A program made the translations under genes and the position numbers. A stretch of 64,000 nucleotides of DNA from NCBI GenBank assembly GCA_015520045.1, contig WAQW01000018.1:16380-80379 (forward strand). The letters are read 5' to 3'. This DNA comes from Thermoplasmata archaeon (GTDB lineage Archaea; Thermoplasmatota; Thermoplasmata; Thermoplasmatales; Thermoplasmataceae). Below are positions 8,318-17,884 of the stretch, in pieces (positions within the stretch are counted from its first letter, which is position 1; each line of letters starts with the position of its first letter). The notes beneath the pieces are model-generated. The model did not search any database. It was not told the origin of the DNA and saw only the letters and a list, made by a program, of their open reading frames with translations.

Positions 8318-8864
8318 TTTTCAATCCTCCCACTATCCTATCTGCGGCAATCCCCGGATCTCCATCCGGATTTTCGATGAACGATACGGTTGCCCCAGAG
8401 TAGACAGAGTAAGCTATCGCATAGTACCTATTTACATTTTGGTGTTCCTGAATGGTTTCAACGGTGTCATCATCCCTCTTGCGGCTCGCATCCCCTTTTC
8501 TGCGTTTTAGTATGGATACAGGATCCGCCTCGATCAGATAGTAAGCTGAAATCTTCAATTCTCTGAGAACCCATTCTGGAAGACCGGGGAGATAACCGTC
8601 CGGTGACCTGATACTCATATGGGTATCGATTATAACATTGTGCATCTTCCCGATCACCACAGATGCTTCCTTCTGTATCTCAATCTGCCTGGCAACAGGA
8701 AGCTTCCTGAGCTGATCGCGATCCCCAATTCCCAGATTTTTTCTGGCTATGTCAAGCATCTGCGTACCGAAATTGACCACCTTCACACCGTACCTCTCCT
8801 CTATGATCTGAAGCACGGTCGTCTTGCCGACACCAGCTACACCTGCAACAACAACACGCGTCAT
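8301..8864 (-). CDS. adkA: adenylate kinase (archaeal AdkA type)
   Basis: 187-aa ORF with P-loop GVAGVGKTT. Follows secY as in most archaea. Confidence 0.85.
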   Translation of the reverse strand: MTRVVVAGVAGVGKTTVLQIIEERYGVKVVNFGTQMLDIARKNLGIGDRDQLRKLPVARQIEIQKEASVVIGKMHNVIIDTHMSIRSPDGYLPGLPEWVLRELKISAYYLIEADPVSILKRRKGDASRKRDDDTVETIQEHQNVNRYYAIAYSVYSGATVSFIENPDGDPGIAADRIVGGLKIASSR

Positions 8865-10633
8865 AGTGTCACCGACCCCGAGAAGAACTGTCTGATAACA
8901 GGATGCATTTCCATTAGCTGTTCCTTACCCATGGCCTCATAGAACTGGATCACAATTCCAACCGCCAGCAAGAGACCGGTTCCGCTTGTGTTTCCCACAG
9001 TTCCAATGAGATCAGCGCCTGCTGCAAGCAAACCGACAGCAGCACCACTGAATATGGTTATGGCTGGTATGTACTTCTTAAGAACCCTCTCCATTATCCT
9101 GGGATCCCGCCGGAATCCGGGAATCTGCATCCCACTGCTCTGGATCTGCCTGGCAACAGCAGCTGGCCCCATGTTGGTGGTCTCGATCCAGAACTTAGCG
9201 AATATTATACTGGCAACCACCATGAACGTCAGGAAAGCGATCACATGGACCGCTTCCTGCAGCGGAGAGTGCCCAAAAAGCACATACTTAAAGGCCGATG
9301 GATTTGTGATGGGAAATACCCAGTCCTGAATACCTCTTGGAGTGGATAGATAATAGACGAGCCCGCCTGTTGGAGTGGTGGAAGAGATCAGATTCCCGTA
9401 CTTGGCAAACTGTGCTGGGGTGGGGTACGATCCCAGAAGAGCATTGTGGCCAAGAAGGGGAACATGGCTGAGAACCGGGGAGCTCCAGAAGAGAAGTGTC
9501 CACATGGATATGTTTGCAAGTAGTGCGGTGGCAAGTATAACCGGAATGTTAGAGGCATAGAAGAGCTGGATTGGATACCGTCCCCTGGCACCCCTGACAC
9601 GTTCATGGCTTATTGGAAGTTCAATCTTGCTGCTCTGGAAGTAGGCCACCAGCAGGAATATCAGTATCGTACCTATCAGGGCAATGATCGGATTCGGATT
9701 GGCGAAGAGTAAACGCTCAATTCCAACCCGGTTGAGGAATGACGACGGAGCTGTTGCCATGTACAGTATCTTTGGGATGGTACCGACCGGAGGATTGTTG
9801 AATGAAAGGGGAAGAGACATTGTCTGGGGAACCCAGTTGAATGCTCCGGTGAAGAGCTGCTGAGAAACACCAGCAGCGATAAACAGCGAAACACCGGATC
9901 CGATACCGTACTTCGATACCAGCTCATCGAATAGAAAGACCAGATAGGATCCGAGAAACAGCTGAAGTATTATAACAGATTCCGCAAGGAAAAATCCATA
10001 ACCAGGAGCTAGATGGTTCAAACCACCCACAAAACCGGCATCAGGAACGAGATAACCAAATGCCTGTGGAATGGCCTCAACGAAGATCATAAGAATTATA
10101 AGGAGCTTCTGCACACCCTGATACACAGCCTTATCTTCAGAGTTTTCCAGATCGAGGCTGAATATCTTTGCACCTGCAAAGAGCTGCATCACTATGCTCG
10201 CAGTAACAATCGGACCTATGCCCAGATCCATCAGCGAGCCCTGAGCACCCGCAAATATCGCCCTGAACGACTGGAAAACATCGATGCTCTTCGTGGTGTT
10301 GAGACCGTAAACATAAACATTGGTGAGAACGAAGTAGAGAACCACCACCAACCCTGTCCATAGGAGCTTGTACTTGAACTCCACGTGGCCCGTTGGTTTC
10401 TTCACTGCCGGCAAATAAGATGTTAACTTTTCAAGACCGTAGAGCTTGCTCTTCTTAGGCCCCTTGTAGCTTACCACCAGATAAAGAATGCCAAATAGCG
10501 GAAACAGCAGAATTGCAGCGATGATCTCAAATCCGAGGCCGTAGTGTCCGAAATAGTGGAAAGAAAACAGGAAGATAAAGTATACAATGGCCACTGGAAT
10601 AGCTGTTCTGGGATTTCTTTCAACCTCAGTCAT
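8861..10633 (-). CDS. secY: preprotein translocase subunit SecY (long form)
   Basis: 590-aa polytopic ORF. The canonical SecY N-terminus (LPAVKKPTGHVEFKYKLLWTGLVVVLYFVL) begins near residue 70. Position after L15. Confidence 0.9.
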   Translation of the reverse strand: MTEVERNPRTAIPVAIVYFIFLFSFHYFGHYGLGFEIIAAILLFPLFGILYLVVSYKGPKKSKLYGLEKLTSYLPAVKKPTGHVEFKYKLLWTGLVVVLYFVLTNVYVYGLNTTKSIDVFQSFRAIFAGAQGSLMDLGIGPIVTASIVMQLFAGAKIFSLDLENSEDKAVYQGVQKLLIILMIFVEAIPQAFGYLVPDAGFVGGLNHLAPGYGFFLAESVIILQLFLGSYLVFLFDELVSKYGIGSGVSLFIAAGVSQQLFTGAFNWVPQTMSLPLSFNNPPVGTIPKILYMATAPSSFLNRVGIERLLFANPNPIIALIGTILIFLLVAYFQSSKIELPISHERVRGARGRYPIQLFYASNIPVILATALLANISMWTLLFWSSPVLSHVPLLGHNALLGSYPTPAQFAKYGNLISSTTPTGGLVYYLSTPRGIQDWVFPITNPSAFKYVLFGHSPLQEAVHVIAFLTFMVVASIIFAKFWIETTNMGPAAVARQIQSSGMQIPGFRRDPRIMERVLKKYIPAITIFSGAAVGLLAAGADLIGTVGNTSGTGLLLAVGIVIQFYEAMGKEQLMEMHPVIRQFFSGSVTL

Positions 10634-11054
10634 CAGTCTCTACCGTCGAGCCTGCAGCGGAGAGTTTCCTTATAGCTTTTTCGGTTGCGACGGGGATCTT
10701 AATGGTATATCTTCCATTTATCTCCCCGGATCCCAGAAGTTTCGTATAGCCAGCCCTCTTCAGATCAACCACCGTTGTGTCTCCATCAGTCACAAATCCC
10801 CTTTCCCTGAGATCTGAAAGCAGAACGGTGAGCTCGCGAAGTGATATGGATTTATGATTAGAAGGGTTGGGGGAAACAAACCCGTGCTTGCCCATGTGAT
10901 GGGGATCGTTCTTCACGAACCATATCCATTTATGCTTCCCAACACCGGCATTTCCTTTTCCTCCCTTTTTACCTTTGCCACGGCCGGCCTTCATTCCTCT
11001 TCCGTAATGAGTTCCCCTATATTTCTTAGTTCTCTCTCTCACCATTAAGATCAA
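10626..11054 (-). CDS. rpl15: 50S ribosomal protein L15 (uL15)
   Basis: 142-aa ORF, KKYRGTHYGRGMKAGRGKGKKGG; operon position. The start may be the M at 11045. Confidence 0.9.
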   Translation of the reverse strand: MILMVRERTKKYRGTHYGRGMKAGRGKGKKGGKGNAGVGKHKWIWFVKNDPHHMGKHGFVSPNPSNHKSISLRELTVLLSDLRERGFVTDGDTTVVDLKRAGYTKLLGSGEINGRYTIKIPVATEKAIRKLSAAGSTVETDD

Positions 11055-11535
11055 CTCCCGGTTTGAGCATCTTCAGGATCAGCGTGTTTATGGATTCTCC
11101 ACGATATCCGGAAGATCCTCCCTGACCGTAGGGTTTGCGTATACTCTCGTAACCTCCCCTAGGAGGGTGAAGCCTGAACACGGGTACGAAGGAATCTTTC
11201 AGCTTTGAGAGTTCAATCTCACCCTTCAGCAGGGCATCTGCAAGCTCTCTGAAGGAGGTTTTTCCAGTGTATTCCGCAATCTCCTTCTCGGTGGGTCTGT
11301 GGTGGCCCTTCATTAATAACCTATGCCTGAGAAGCGCTTCCAGTGTGGATGGATCAATCTCTCCCCATGTGATGTAGTCCTTGGCCTTTTCCAGCATACC
11401 CTTTACCTCTCGGTCATCCCTCAGCAGAACGAGATGATTTATCCTCGTAAGCCTGAGAAGCTTGGCTGTCTTTTCGATATCGTTTCGTACGCCTGTCCTG
11501 CCCCTAATCCTGATTGCCGCCAACATCTCCAACAC
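11026..11535 (-). CDS. rpl30: 50S ribosomal protein L30 (uL30)
   Basis: 169-aa ORF, AAIRIRGRTGV..TAKLLRLTRINH; operon position. Confidence 0.9.
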   Translation of the reverse strand: MLEMLAAIRIRGRTGVRNDIEKTAKLLRLTRINHLVLLRDDREVKGMLEKAKDYITWGEIDPSTLEALLRHRLLMKGHHRPTEKEIAEYTGKTSFRELADALLKGEIELSKLKDSFVPVFRLHPPRGGYESIRKPYGQGGSSGYRGESINTLILKMLKPGVDLNGEREN

Positions 11536-12172
11536 TTCCTAGATATATGGGTGTACTGAGTTTCATCTGATCGTTTACCTTCATTTTCGACGCCGAGACC
11601 AGAGCCTGAAAACAGGCCAGAGCATAGTTTACCGTTGTTTTGGTGTGGCCAGATGTAACACCCCAGGCATCCTCTATGCCTGCCAGCCTGAGGATGACCT
11701 TGGCTATATCGCCAACCGCTCTGCCAACACCTCGCGGTGCAGGTTTTATGGTAACCTTAACGGATCCTGATTTCCCTCGAACGAGAAATGGTACCGTGTG
11801 GGGTCTACCACAACCACATTCCCATGAACCACAACCTCGCCGTATCTCCACGATGTTCACCTTTGCATTGTTAATGGCCTTTCTTATGGCAGGTGCAGCC
11901 TCTTTTGCCCGGCCTCTGCCGACGCCCACAAAACCATTCTCGTTTCCAACCGCAACCGTGATGGAGAAATTCATCCTTCTTCCTGAATCCGTCATCCTTT
12001 GAGCTCGTTCCACGTACAGTATCTCATCCTTGAGATCTGGCAGAAGTATATCAACAATCTGGTACTCCTTCAGGGGGAGCTTCGTGGCAAGTGCCTCAGA
12101 CATTGTTGTTATCTTCCCATCAAGGACCATCCTTCCAAGTTCCGTCTTCGGAGTCCAAGTTTCTTCAGGCAT
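11504..12172 (-). CDS. rps5: 30S ribosomal protein S5 (uS5)
   Basis: 222-aa ORF, VAVGNENGFVGVGRGRAKE and GSWECGCGRPHTVPF; operon position. Confidence 0.9.
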   Translation of the reverse strand: MPEETWTPKTELGRMVLDGKITTMSEALATKLPLKEYQIVDILLPDLKDEILYVERAQRMTDSGRRMNFSITVAVGNENGFVGVGRGRAKEAAPAIRKAINNAKVNIVEIRRGCGSWECGCGRPHTVPFLVRGKSGSVKVTIKPAPRGVGRAVGDIAKVILRLAGIEDAWGVTSGHTKTTVNYALACFQALVSASKMKVNDQMKLSTPIYLGSVGDVGGNQD

Positions 12173-12654
12173 TAGAGTACCTCCAGCTTTTTGATAAACT
12201 CATCAAAATTGTTTGAGAGATCTTTTTTCAAGTGTTTACCCCTTATTCTGTCATCCGATGGCAGTATCTCCTCACTGTGGGGAATTTCAACGCCTGAATC
12301 AGAGAATCCCTTCAAAGCAGCAGCGATCCTCCCACCTGGAATGACCTCACGCCTTCCGGCATCCAGGATCGCTCTTTTCACACCCAGTGACATGGCTTTC
12401 TTTCCGGCTGCATACCCCACCATGTAAGAAATCGATGTGTTGTTGCCCTTGAGCGGCACATCAAACTTTGAAAGTGAGCGATCCGTCACGGTGACAAGGA
12501 TCCTGTCACCGGTCGGATCGTACCTAACAACCTGGGCAATGACACCCTTTCGGGTGATACGCACGACAAGACGCGGGATACCAGACTTGAGGAGTCTGTA
12601 TCTCTTTCGGTAATCTGTGATACCAAGCCTCTTTCTCTTCAGAATAGACGACAT
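12172..12654 (-). CDS. rpl18: 50S ribosomal protein L18 (uL18)
   Basis: 160-aa ORF, TDYRKRYRLLKSGIPRLVVR; operon position. Confidence 0.9.
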   Translation of the reverse strand: MSSILKRKRLGITDYRKRYRLLKSGIPRLVVRITRKGVIAQVVRYDPTGDRILVTVTDRSLSKFDVPLKGNNTSISYMVGYAAGKKAMSLGVKRAILDAGRREVIPGGRIAAALKGFSDSGVEIPHSEEILPSDDRIRGKHLKKDLSNNFDEFIKKLEVL

Positions 12655-13109
12655 CAGTTGGATTCACCTCTTGTTGATAGGGTTTTAAGATGAGATCTTA
12701 GCTGGGCCCGTGAACGTATTGTTCCGCCTTTTATGAACCGATATGCGGTTCTGTAAGTCTTTGCATCTATCTCGCCTTTCTCACGGAGTTCCCTCAACTC
12801 CTGCCTCAACGGCCTGATCACCATGATCCAGCGCCTCTTTCGGGGAAGCCTCGCATATTTGGTGCCTTTCAGAGAACCGGGGCCACGTCTCCTGTTCTTG
12901 GAAAGCTGTCTTATCCTTTTCTTGAGGCGGAAATTCGAGTTGCCCTTCTTGGGCTTAACCTGAATAACGTGCCTGTTAATAAGGGACTGCACATCGGAAC
13001 GGGTTGCGGCATCTGCAATCTCCTCCAGGCTATTGCTATCTATCCATATTCTCGATTCTCCAACTTTGAGCCTCTGCGAAGCAATGCGTCTAACGGTCGA
13101 TACTTTCAT
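12654..13109 (-). CDS. rpl19e: 50S ribosomal protein L19e
   Basis: 151-aa [21 protein letters not shown]; operon position. Confidence 0.9.
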   Translation of the reverse strand: MKVSTVRRIASQRLKVGESRIWIDSNSLEEIADAATRSDVQSLINRHVIQVKPKKGNSNFRLKKRIRQLSKNRRRGPGSLKGTKYARLPRKRRWIMVIRPLRQELRELREKGEIDAKTYRTAYRFIKGGTIRSRAQLRSHLKTLSTRGESN

Positions 13110-13516
13110 CTGGTCACCCGCCTGTTGAGAATTCTCACACCAATCTCGAGAGCTCTCTCTTCTATCAGTTTTCTTTTCCTCCTTCCAACGGAGGATGCAA
13201 TTCTACCAGCATCCCGTGAAGGGTCAAGAGCCTCAAGCTCCCTGACATTATGAATGAGCACATCCCTGAAACCGGATGGGTGAAGGCCTCTCACCTTTTT
13301 CGGACCACGATAGCCAGCGTCAACCACGGGAGGCCTTCTGGCCAGATGTTCTCTCATTTTGGAGTGCTTACCTCTGGGCTTTCTCCACTCCTCACCAAAT
13401 TTCTTGTATCTGAACCACTCCTGCCTTCGAAACTCGACCCTGGTTCTGGCCATTCTGTTCTTTATTTTCAGCAACCTCTTCTCTTCCTGGCTGAGGGAAG
13501 GTTTTGGATCACTCAT
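13106..13516 (-). CDS. rpl32e: 50S ribosomal protein L32e
   Basis: 136-aa [28 protein letters not shown]; operon position. Confidence 0.9.
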   Translation of the reverse strand: MSDPKPSLSQEEKRLLKIKNRMARTRVEFRRQEWFRYKKFGEEWRKPRGKHSKMREHLARRPPVVDAGYRGPKKVRGLHPSGFRDVLIHNVRELEALDPSRDAGRIASSVGRRKRKLIEERALEIGVRILNRRVTR

Positions 13517-14063
13517 TCAGTTTACCCCCGATTATGAAGACACCGTCCTGAAAAACCCTGGGATCAAACCCCTTAATCTTGGTTGCCCGTTCAATATTTG
13601 CAGCCGTATCTCCCAGCTGCTGTTTGTCAACACCCTCGATGATGACTCTATCACCCTTGACAGTGACCTTAGAGTTACCAACGATCTTCGCTCTTCGCGA
13701 TGATCTCTCACCGAGGAAATTCTCTATGACGACCTCATTTCCCCTTACCATAACTCTCATGGGGTAGTGAGAGTAATCGATCTTCATTTCGTAGGTGTAT
13801 CCATGAGTAACACCTTCAATCGATTTGCGGATGAGGGATTCCCACGTGCTGACGATCGCCAGTGTCTTCCTGTTTTCCTTGCTGGACTGAATCTTCACGG
13901 TTCTGCCATCCAGCTGTATCCGAACATAGTTGTAGATGTATTTCCTGATGATGCTTCCTTTTGGGCCATCGATTGTCAGATTGGCCCCTTCTAACTTCAC
14001 ATCGACACCCTCAGGAAATTCAACTGAAGCTTTTTCTTTCCAGTTTATCATATTGCACCTCAA
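13509..14063 (-). CDS. rpl6: 50S ribosomal protein L6 (uL6)
   Basis: 184-aa ORF with the two-domain L6 pattern; operon position. Confidence 0.9.
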   Translation of the reverse strand: MRCNMINWKEKASVEFPEGVDVKLEGANLTIDGPKGSIIRKYIYNYVRIQLDGRTVKIQSSKENRKTLAIVSTWESLIRKSIEGVTHGYTYEMKIDYSHYPMRVMVRGNEVVIENFLGERSSRRAKIVGNSKVTVKGDRVIIEGVDKQQLGDTAANIERATKIKGFDPRVFQDGVFIIGGKLNE

Positions 14064-14458
14064 TACACATAAGCAAGCAACTTTCCGCCAACACCACTTT
14101 GACGAGCCTCGCGGTGACTCATCACGCCATTCGTCGTCGTGAGTATAAGGATTCCGAAATCCTGTGCGGGAAGGAACCTCGATTCGAATGAGTTCAGTTC
14201 TGTTTTACGCACAGAGAGGCGTGGTTTGATAACACCACAGTTGTTTATTGTGTCATTGATCTCTATGCTGAACTTCCCTCCCCTGTTGTCCTCAATGACC
14301 TCAAAGCTCTTTATATAGTTATAATCCTGCATCACTTTCAGCACTCTCCCGATCAACCTGGCAGCAGGCCTCACCTCGATGTGCCTTATTCCTATTCGCG
14401 ACGCATTCTTGATATTGTTTATAACATCATTTAGAGGATCGTGCTTCACCTTTCTCAC
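14060..14458 (-). CDS. rps8: 30S ribosomal protein S8 (uS8)
   Basis: 132-aa ORF with a GTG start, DPLNDVINNIKNA..; operon position. Confidence 0.9.
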   Translation of the reverse strand: MRKVKHDPLNDVINNIKNASRIGIRHIEVRPAARLIGRVLKVMQDYNYIKSFEVIEDNRGGKFSIEINDTINNCGVIKPRLSVRKTELNSFESRFLPAQDFGILILTTTNGVMSHREARQSGVGGKLLAYVY

Positions 14459-14459
14459 C

Positions 14460-14621
14460 TCAACTGTATTTCCTAAAGCCCAGCTCAGGAGCTACTTCCC
14501 TAAAACACTGTCTGCACAATCTTATCCCGTACCGTCTGATCAGACCTCTCTTCCTTCCACAGCGCTGGCATCCATCCTTGCGGCCGAAATCCTTTTTGGG
14601 TGCTAATTTAACCTGAGCCAT
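14460..14621 (-). CDS. rps14: 30S ribosomal protein S14 (uS14, zinc type)
   Basis: 53-aa ORF absent from the track, hand-translated: [53 protein letters not shown]. CxxC..CxxC motif. Its ATG overlaps the L5 TAA by 1 nt. Confidence 0.9.
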   Translation of the reverse strand: MAQVKLAPKKDFGRKDGCQRCGRKRGLIRRYGIRLCRQCFREVAPELGFRKYS

Positions 14622-15133
14622 TATTTAACCAACTCCACATTGAACTTATCGCGTAGGAATTCCACAGCTTCCTCCTTTTTGATCAGGAGACTGCTGGGTA
14701 ACCTGTGGCGACCAATCTTCCTCTTGCTAACCCTGAAACCGCCTCTTCGTTTCAGTATAACCGCAACGTCCATACCGAAGATTCCAATATCCGGGTCGTA
14801 TTTCATCCCTTCAAAATTCGTGTAGTCCGAGATTCCAAAATAGGCATTTCCCTGCATGTCGAAAGAGTATTCGGATATCTTGTAGTCTCTGGCGTAAAGA
14901 GCCCTCTTCAGGAATTCCTCGGCCCTCTTCTTTCTGAGGGTCACCTTAACTCCGATAGTGAGACCTTTTCTGATGTTGAAATCACGAATTGTCTTCTCGG
15001 ATGTTGTCTGGACCGGTTTCTGCGATGTGAGAAGCTCTATAACTTTGCTGGCCCTCAGAAGCCTGTCGCCGGCCTGACCGACTCCTATGTTGAGAACAAC
15101 CTTATCTATGACCAGTTCCCTCATAGCATTCAT
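14621..15133 (-). CDS. rpl5: 50S ribosomal protein L5 (uL5)
   Basis: 170-aa ORF; recognisable L5 sequence and operon position. Confidence 0.9.
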   Translation of the reverse strand: MNAMRELVIDKVVLNIGVGQAGDRLLRASKVIELLTSQKPVQTTSEKTIRDFNIRKGLTIGVKVTLRKKRAEEFLKRALYARDYKISEYSFDMQGNAYFGISDYTNFEGMKYDPDIGIFGMDVAVILKRRGGFRVSKRKIGRHRLPSSLLIKKEEAVEFLRDKFNVELVK

Positions 15134-15843
15134 GGCCAGAGCACCTCCGGTATACTGTAGTAATCTTCACCGTATCCTATTGTGAAGACGTAATCAGAGA
15201 GGGTTGAGAAACCTTCATCGAATGATATCATGTTCGCCTTCGAGGAACTTTTTACCGTTATGTCCTTTATGGTAGCGATCTGGCCAACATGTGAACCACC
15301 AGTGAGGTACACCTTAGATCCAACCTTCATAGGATATACAGATAGTATTCCACGTCTGGTGAGATCAAATTTCACGACGTCACCCGTCTTGATATTCTCC
15401 TGACCCCCGTAAATTATATTCGTTCCATCGTGGAAAGATATCTGGGTTCTTCCGCCCTTAATCGTGTGTTTATTTTTCACCTTGAGCAGTTTAATTGATG
15501 CATTGCTCTCATTCTCTCGAGCTATTGCAAGAAATCCTCCCTTTGAATAGAGCACCCGGTAATTCTCCCCAATCGGGGCAATTGATATCACATCCATAAA
15601 GCCAATTGAGAATCTCCTCTCCTTGACAACCCTTCCATCGACCTTGACCAGCCCCTTGGTCAGAATTCTTGTGATCTCTCGTTCCTTGTCACCGAGGTGA
15701 AGATAATCCCTCAACACGGTAAGAAGGGAGACTGAGCTTTCAGTGGGATATTTCCCGGGAGAAACGCTGGGACCCCAGAAAAATCTCTTCCGCGGGATCT
15801 TAACCGACCTTGGAAGGTCCAACCTCTTAGTTTTCAGTATCAT
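15130..15843 (-). CDS. rps4e: 30S ribosomal protein S4e
   Basis: 237-aa ORF with S4 and KOW-like regions (ILTKGLVKVDGRVVKERRFSIGFMDVISI); operon position. Confidence 0.9.
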   Translation of the reverse strand: MILKTKRLDLPRSVKIPRKRFFWGPSVSPGKYPTESSVSLLTVLRDYLHLGDKEREITRILTKGLVKVDGRVVKERRFSIGFMDVISIAPIGENYRVLYSKGGFLAIARENESNASIKLLKVKNKHTIKGGRTQISFHDGTNIIYGGQENIKTGDVVKFDLTRRGILSVYPMKVGSKVYLTGGSHVGQIATIKDITVKSSSKANMISFDEGFSTLSDYVFTIGYGEDYYSIPEVLWP

Positions 15844-16381
15844 GATCGTTATCCTCCTTTACATTTTCAGCCTCTTCGCCTGAGTCTTGCGCCATATCCT
15901 CGGTTGAATCTTCATCCTCATCCACCGGGATAACTTCTTCGGCTTCTTCATTTTCTCCTGAAGATGTGCCTTCTTCAACCTCCTCTTCCTCGGCCCTCTT
16001 GGATTCTTCTTCCTGCTCCCTGCGGTCCTCCTCTATCTGTTCTTCTATCGCGATCTTCTTCTTGGCCGCAAGGTTCTTTAGCTGCTCAATTCTATCTTTT
16101 CGGGAGAGATCGAATCTCTGTATACGCAGTTTCTCAGGCCTCAACCAGGTTTCAACGGCCTTACCATCTGCCTTTGTGGCAGTTATACCTTCCACTGAAA
16201 CCAACGAGTATCTGTGATCTACCTCGACAACCTTTCCACCCTCTCCCTTGAGAGCTCCAGATTTCACCGTTACGATATCACCCTTTACAACGGGGAAGGA
16301 TCTCAATCCGTACTTTTTCCTCAGATCCTTACTGAGTGCCACCTTGACCCTGTTTTTAATCATATCTGATACCTCACACAA
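15827..16381 (-). CDS. rpl24: 50S ribosomal protein L24 (uL24) with a long acidic C-terminal extension
   Basis: 184-aa ORF with a KOW motif (VVKGDIVTVKSGALKGEGGKVVEV). Residues after about 108 are E/D-rich. The start may be the M at 16363. Confidence 0.9.
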   Translation of the reverse strand: MCEVSDMIKNRVKVALSKDLRKKYGLRSFPVVKGDIVTVKSGALKGEGGKVVEVDHRYSLVSVEGITATKADGKAVETWLRPEKLRIQRFDLSRKDRIEQLKNLAAKKKIAIEEQIEEDRREQEEESKRAEEEEVEEGTSSGENEEAEEVIPVDEDEDSTEDMAQDSGEEAENVKEDNDHDTEN

Positions 16382-16772
16382 TTGTTGATGCTATGGATGC
16401 TATTCTGGGCCATCTCTCAGCGGCCTCCCTGGCGACGGGCCCCTTGATCTCAGAGCCCCTTATCTCACCTTCAGGTGTTACAATGACAGCAGCGTTGTCC
16501 TCAAACTGGACCATTAATCCATCAGATCTTCTGAAGGGGCGCCTCTGGCGTATAACGACCGCATACACCACCTTTCTCTTCATCTCGGGTGAACCGCTCT
16601 TAACACTTGCAATGAACATATCACCTACACCTGCAGCTGGAATCCGCCTCGCAACACCGTGATAGGCCTTCACACCTATGAGTGAGACTATCTTTGCACC
16701 TGTGTTGTCAGCACATGGTATGGTTGCTCCCAGAGGGAGACCTCTCTGCTGCCTTCCACTTATACCCTTCAT
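16374..16772 (-). CDS. rpl14: 50S ribosomal protein L14 (uL14)
   Basis: 132-aa ORF; operon position and typical sequence. Confidence 0.9.
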   Translation of the reverse strand: MKGISGRQQRGLPLGATIPCADNTGAKIVSLIGVKAYHGVARRIPAAGVGDMFIASVKSGSPEMKRKVVYAVVIRQRRPFRRSDGLMVQFEDNAAVIVTPEGEIRGSEIKGPVAREAAERWPRIASIASTIV

Positions 16773-17095
16773 CTTACCACCTTCTCAACCACTATGAAGG
16801 AGACTGTCTTGGCAAGTTTTCTGGACTCCGCTATCTTGACCTCATCGCCAACCCTGATATCGATACACTCTGGAACATGCGCGTGGTATTTTCTGAACCT
16901 TGTGATGTACCTTTCGTACTTCTTGTTGAATCGCCTGATGGTGCGCACTATTGTTGCAGTCCTTATCATGTTCGTCGAGACAACCTTTCCTGTGAGAACC
17001 TGTCCCCTAACGGTGACGTGGCCGTGAAATGGGCACTTTTTATCGTTGCAGGTTCTTGACGGTTGCGCTACGGCTATTCCTATGTTGCTCTTCAT
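16769..17095 (-). CDS. rps17: 30S ribosomal protein S17 (uS17)
   Basis: 108-aa ORF, CNDKKCPFHGHVTVRGQVLTGKVVS; operon position. Confidence 0.9.
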   Translation of the reverse strand: MKSNIGIAVAQPSRTCNDKKCPFHGHVTVRGQVLTGKVVSTNMIRTATIVRTIRRFNKKYERYITRFRKYHAHVPECIDIRVGDEVKIAESRKLAKTVSFIVVEKVVR

Positions 17096-17388
17096 TTAAC
17101 CATTCTCCTCAGATTTTTCAGTATACGACGGTATTGCTTCAACCTCTCCTCTGGTCTGAATCTTATGGCATCGCCATATATATCCACGGTTGAACCTGGA
17201 AATGCCACCCTGAATATCCTACCTTGCTTCGGGATCACCCTGAGGCCTTTTTCATCTCTCAGATGAATTGTGTTCTTCGTCTCATCGACAATCAGTCCAC
17301 TCAGGCCAAGATCGCACCTATTTGTGCTAGATATGACAGCAGCGCGATTGCCCACGAAATCATAAAAATAAAGATCCTGAAGCTTCAT
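17092..17388 (-). CDS. rnp1: RNase P protein component 1 (Rpp29/Pop4)
   Basis: 98-aa ORF, GLSGLIVDETKNTIHL, Sm-like fold family. Canonical archaeal position between L29 and S17. Confidence 0.8.
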   Translation of the reverse strand: MKLQDLYFYDFVGNRAAVISSTNRCDLGLSGLIVDETKNTIHLRDEKGLRVIPKQGRIFRVAFPGSTVDIYGDAIRFRPEERLKQYRRILKNLRRMVK

Positions 17389-17684
17389 ACGACCTCTACC
17401 TTGAATCCCATGTCCTCAAGTTCTTTTTTCACTTTTTCCCTGTGATCCCCCTGCAGTTCGATTATCCGCCTGTCCTTGACCGTTCCACCGGCCGCAACTT
17501 TCTTTTTAAGCATCTTTGCAATCTCAAGAACATTTTCTGATTTCGGATCGATGCCTTCAACTATAGTCACGTGTTTGCCGTATCTTCTCCTGTCCACACT
17601 TATACGCACAGACTGGCTATCACGGTTAAATCCCTCCCAGGGCTGAAGCTCCTTGGGAATCCCGGTGAAGTTCTTGTCCTTCAT
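17385..17684 (-). CDS. translation initiation factor aSUI1 (aIF1)
   Basis: 99-aa ORF, VRISVDRRRYGKHVTIVEGID...GGTVKDRRIELQGDHREKV is typical of the SUI1 family. Confidence 0.85.
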   Translation of the reverse strand: MKDKNFTGIPKELQPWEGFNRDSQSVRISVDRRRYGKHVTIVEGIDPKSENVLEIAKMLKKKVAAGGTVKDRRIIELQGDHREKVKKELEDMGFKVEVV

Positions 17685-17884
17685 TCGTTTATTTCCTCCT
17701 CAGCCATTATGGTCAGAAGACGTGCTATCTGCCTCTTCACAGAGCGCATCAGGCCCGGGCTCTTGGGAGCTCCTCCCATGGCGACAGAGGCTCTCTCCTT
17801 GAGCAGTGTTTCCTTGAGAGATTCAAGAGCTTTCTCCTTTTCCTCACGACTCATTTCCCTAATTTTCTTTGCTGTCAGTTCCAT
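17681..17884 (-). CDS. rpl29: 50S ribosomal protein L29 (uL29)
   Basis: 67-aa ORF; operon position and helical L29 pattern. Confidence 0.9.
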   Translation of the reverse strand: MELTAKKIREMSREEKEKALESLKETLLKERASVAMGGAPKSPGLMRSVKRQIARLLTIMAEEEINE

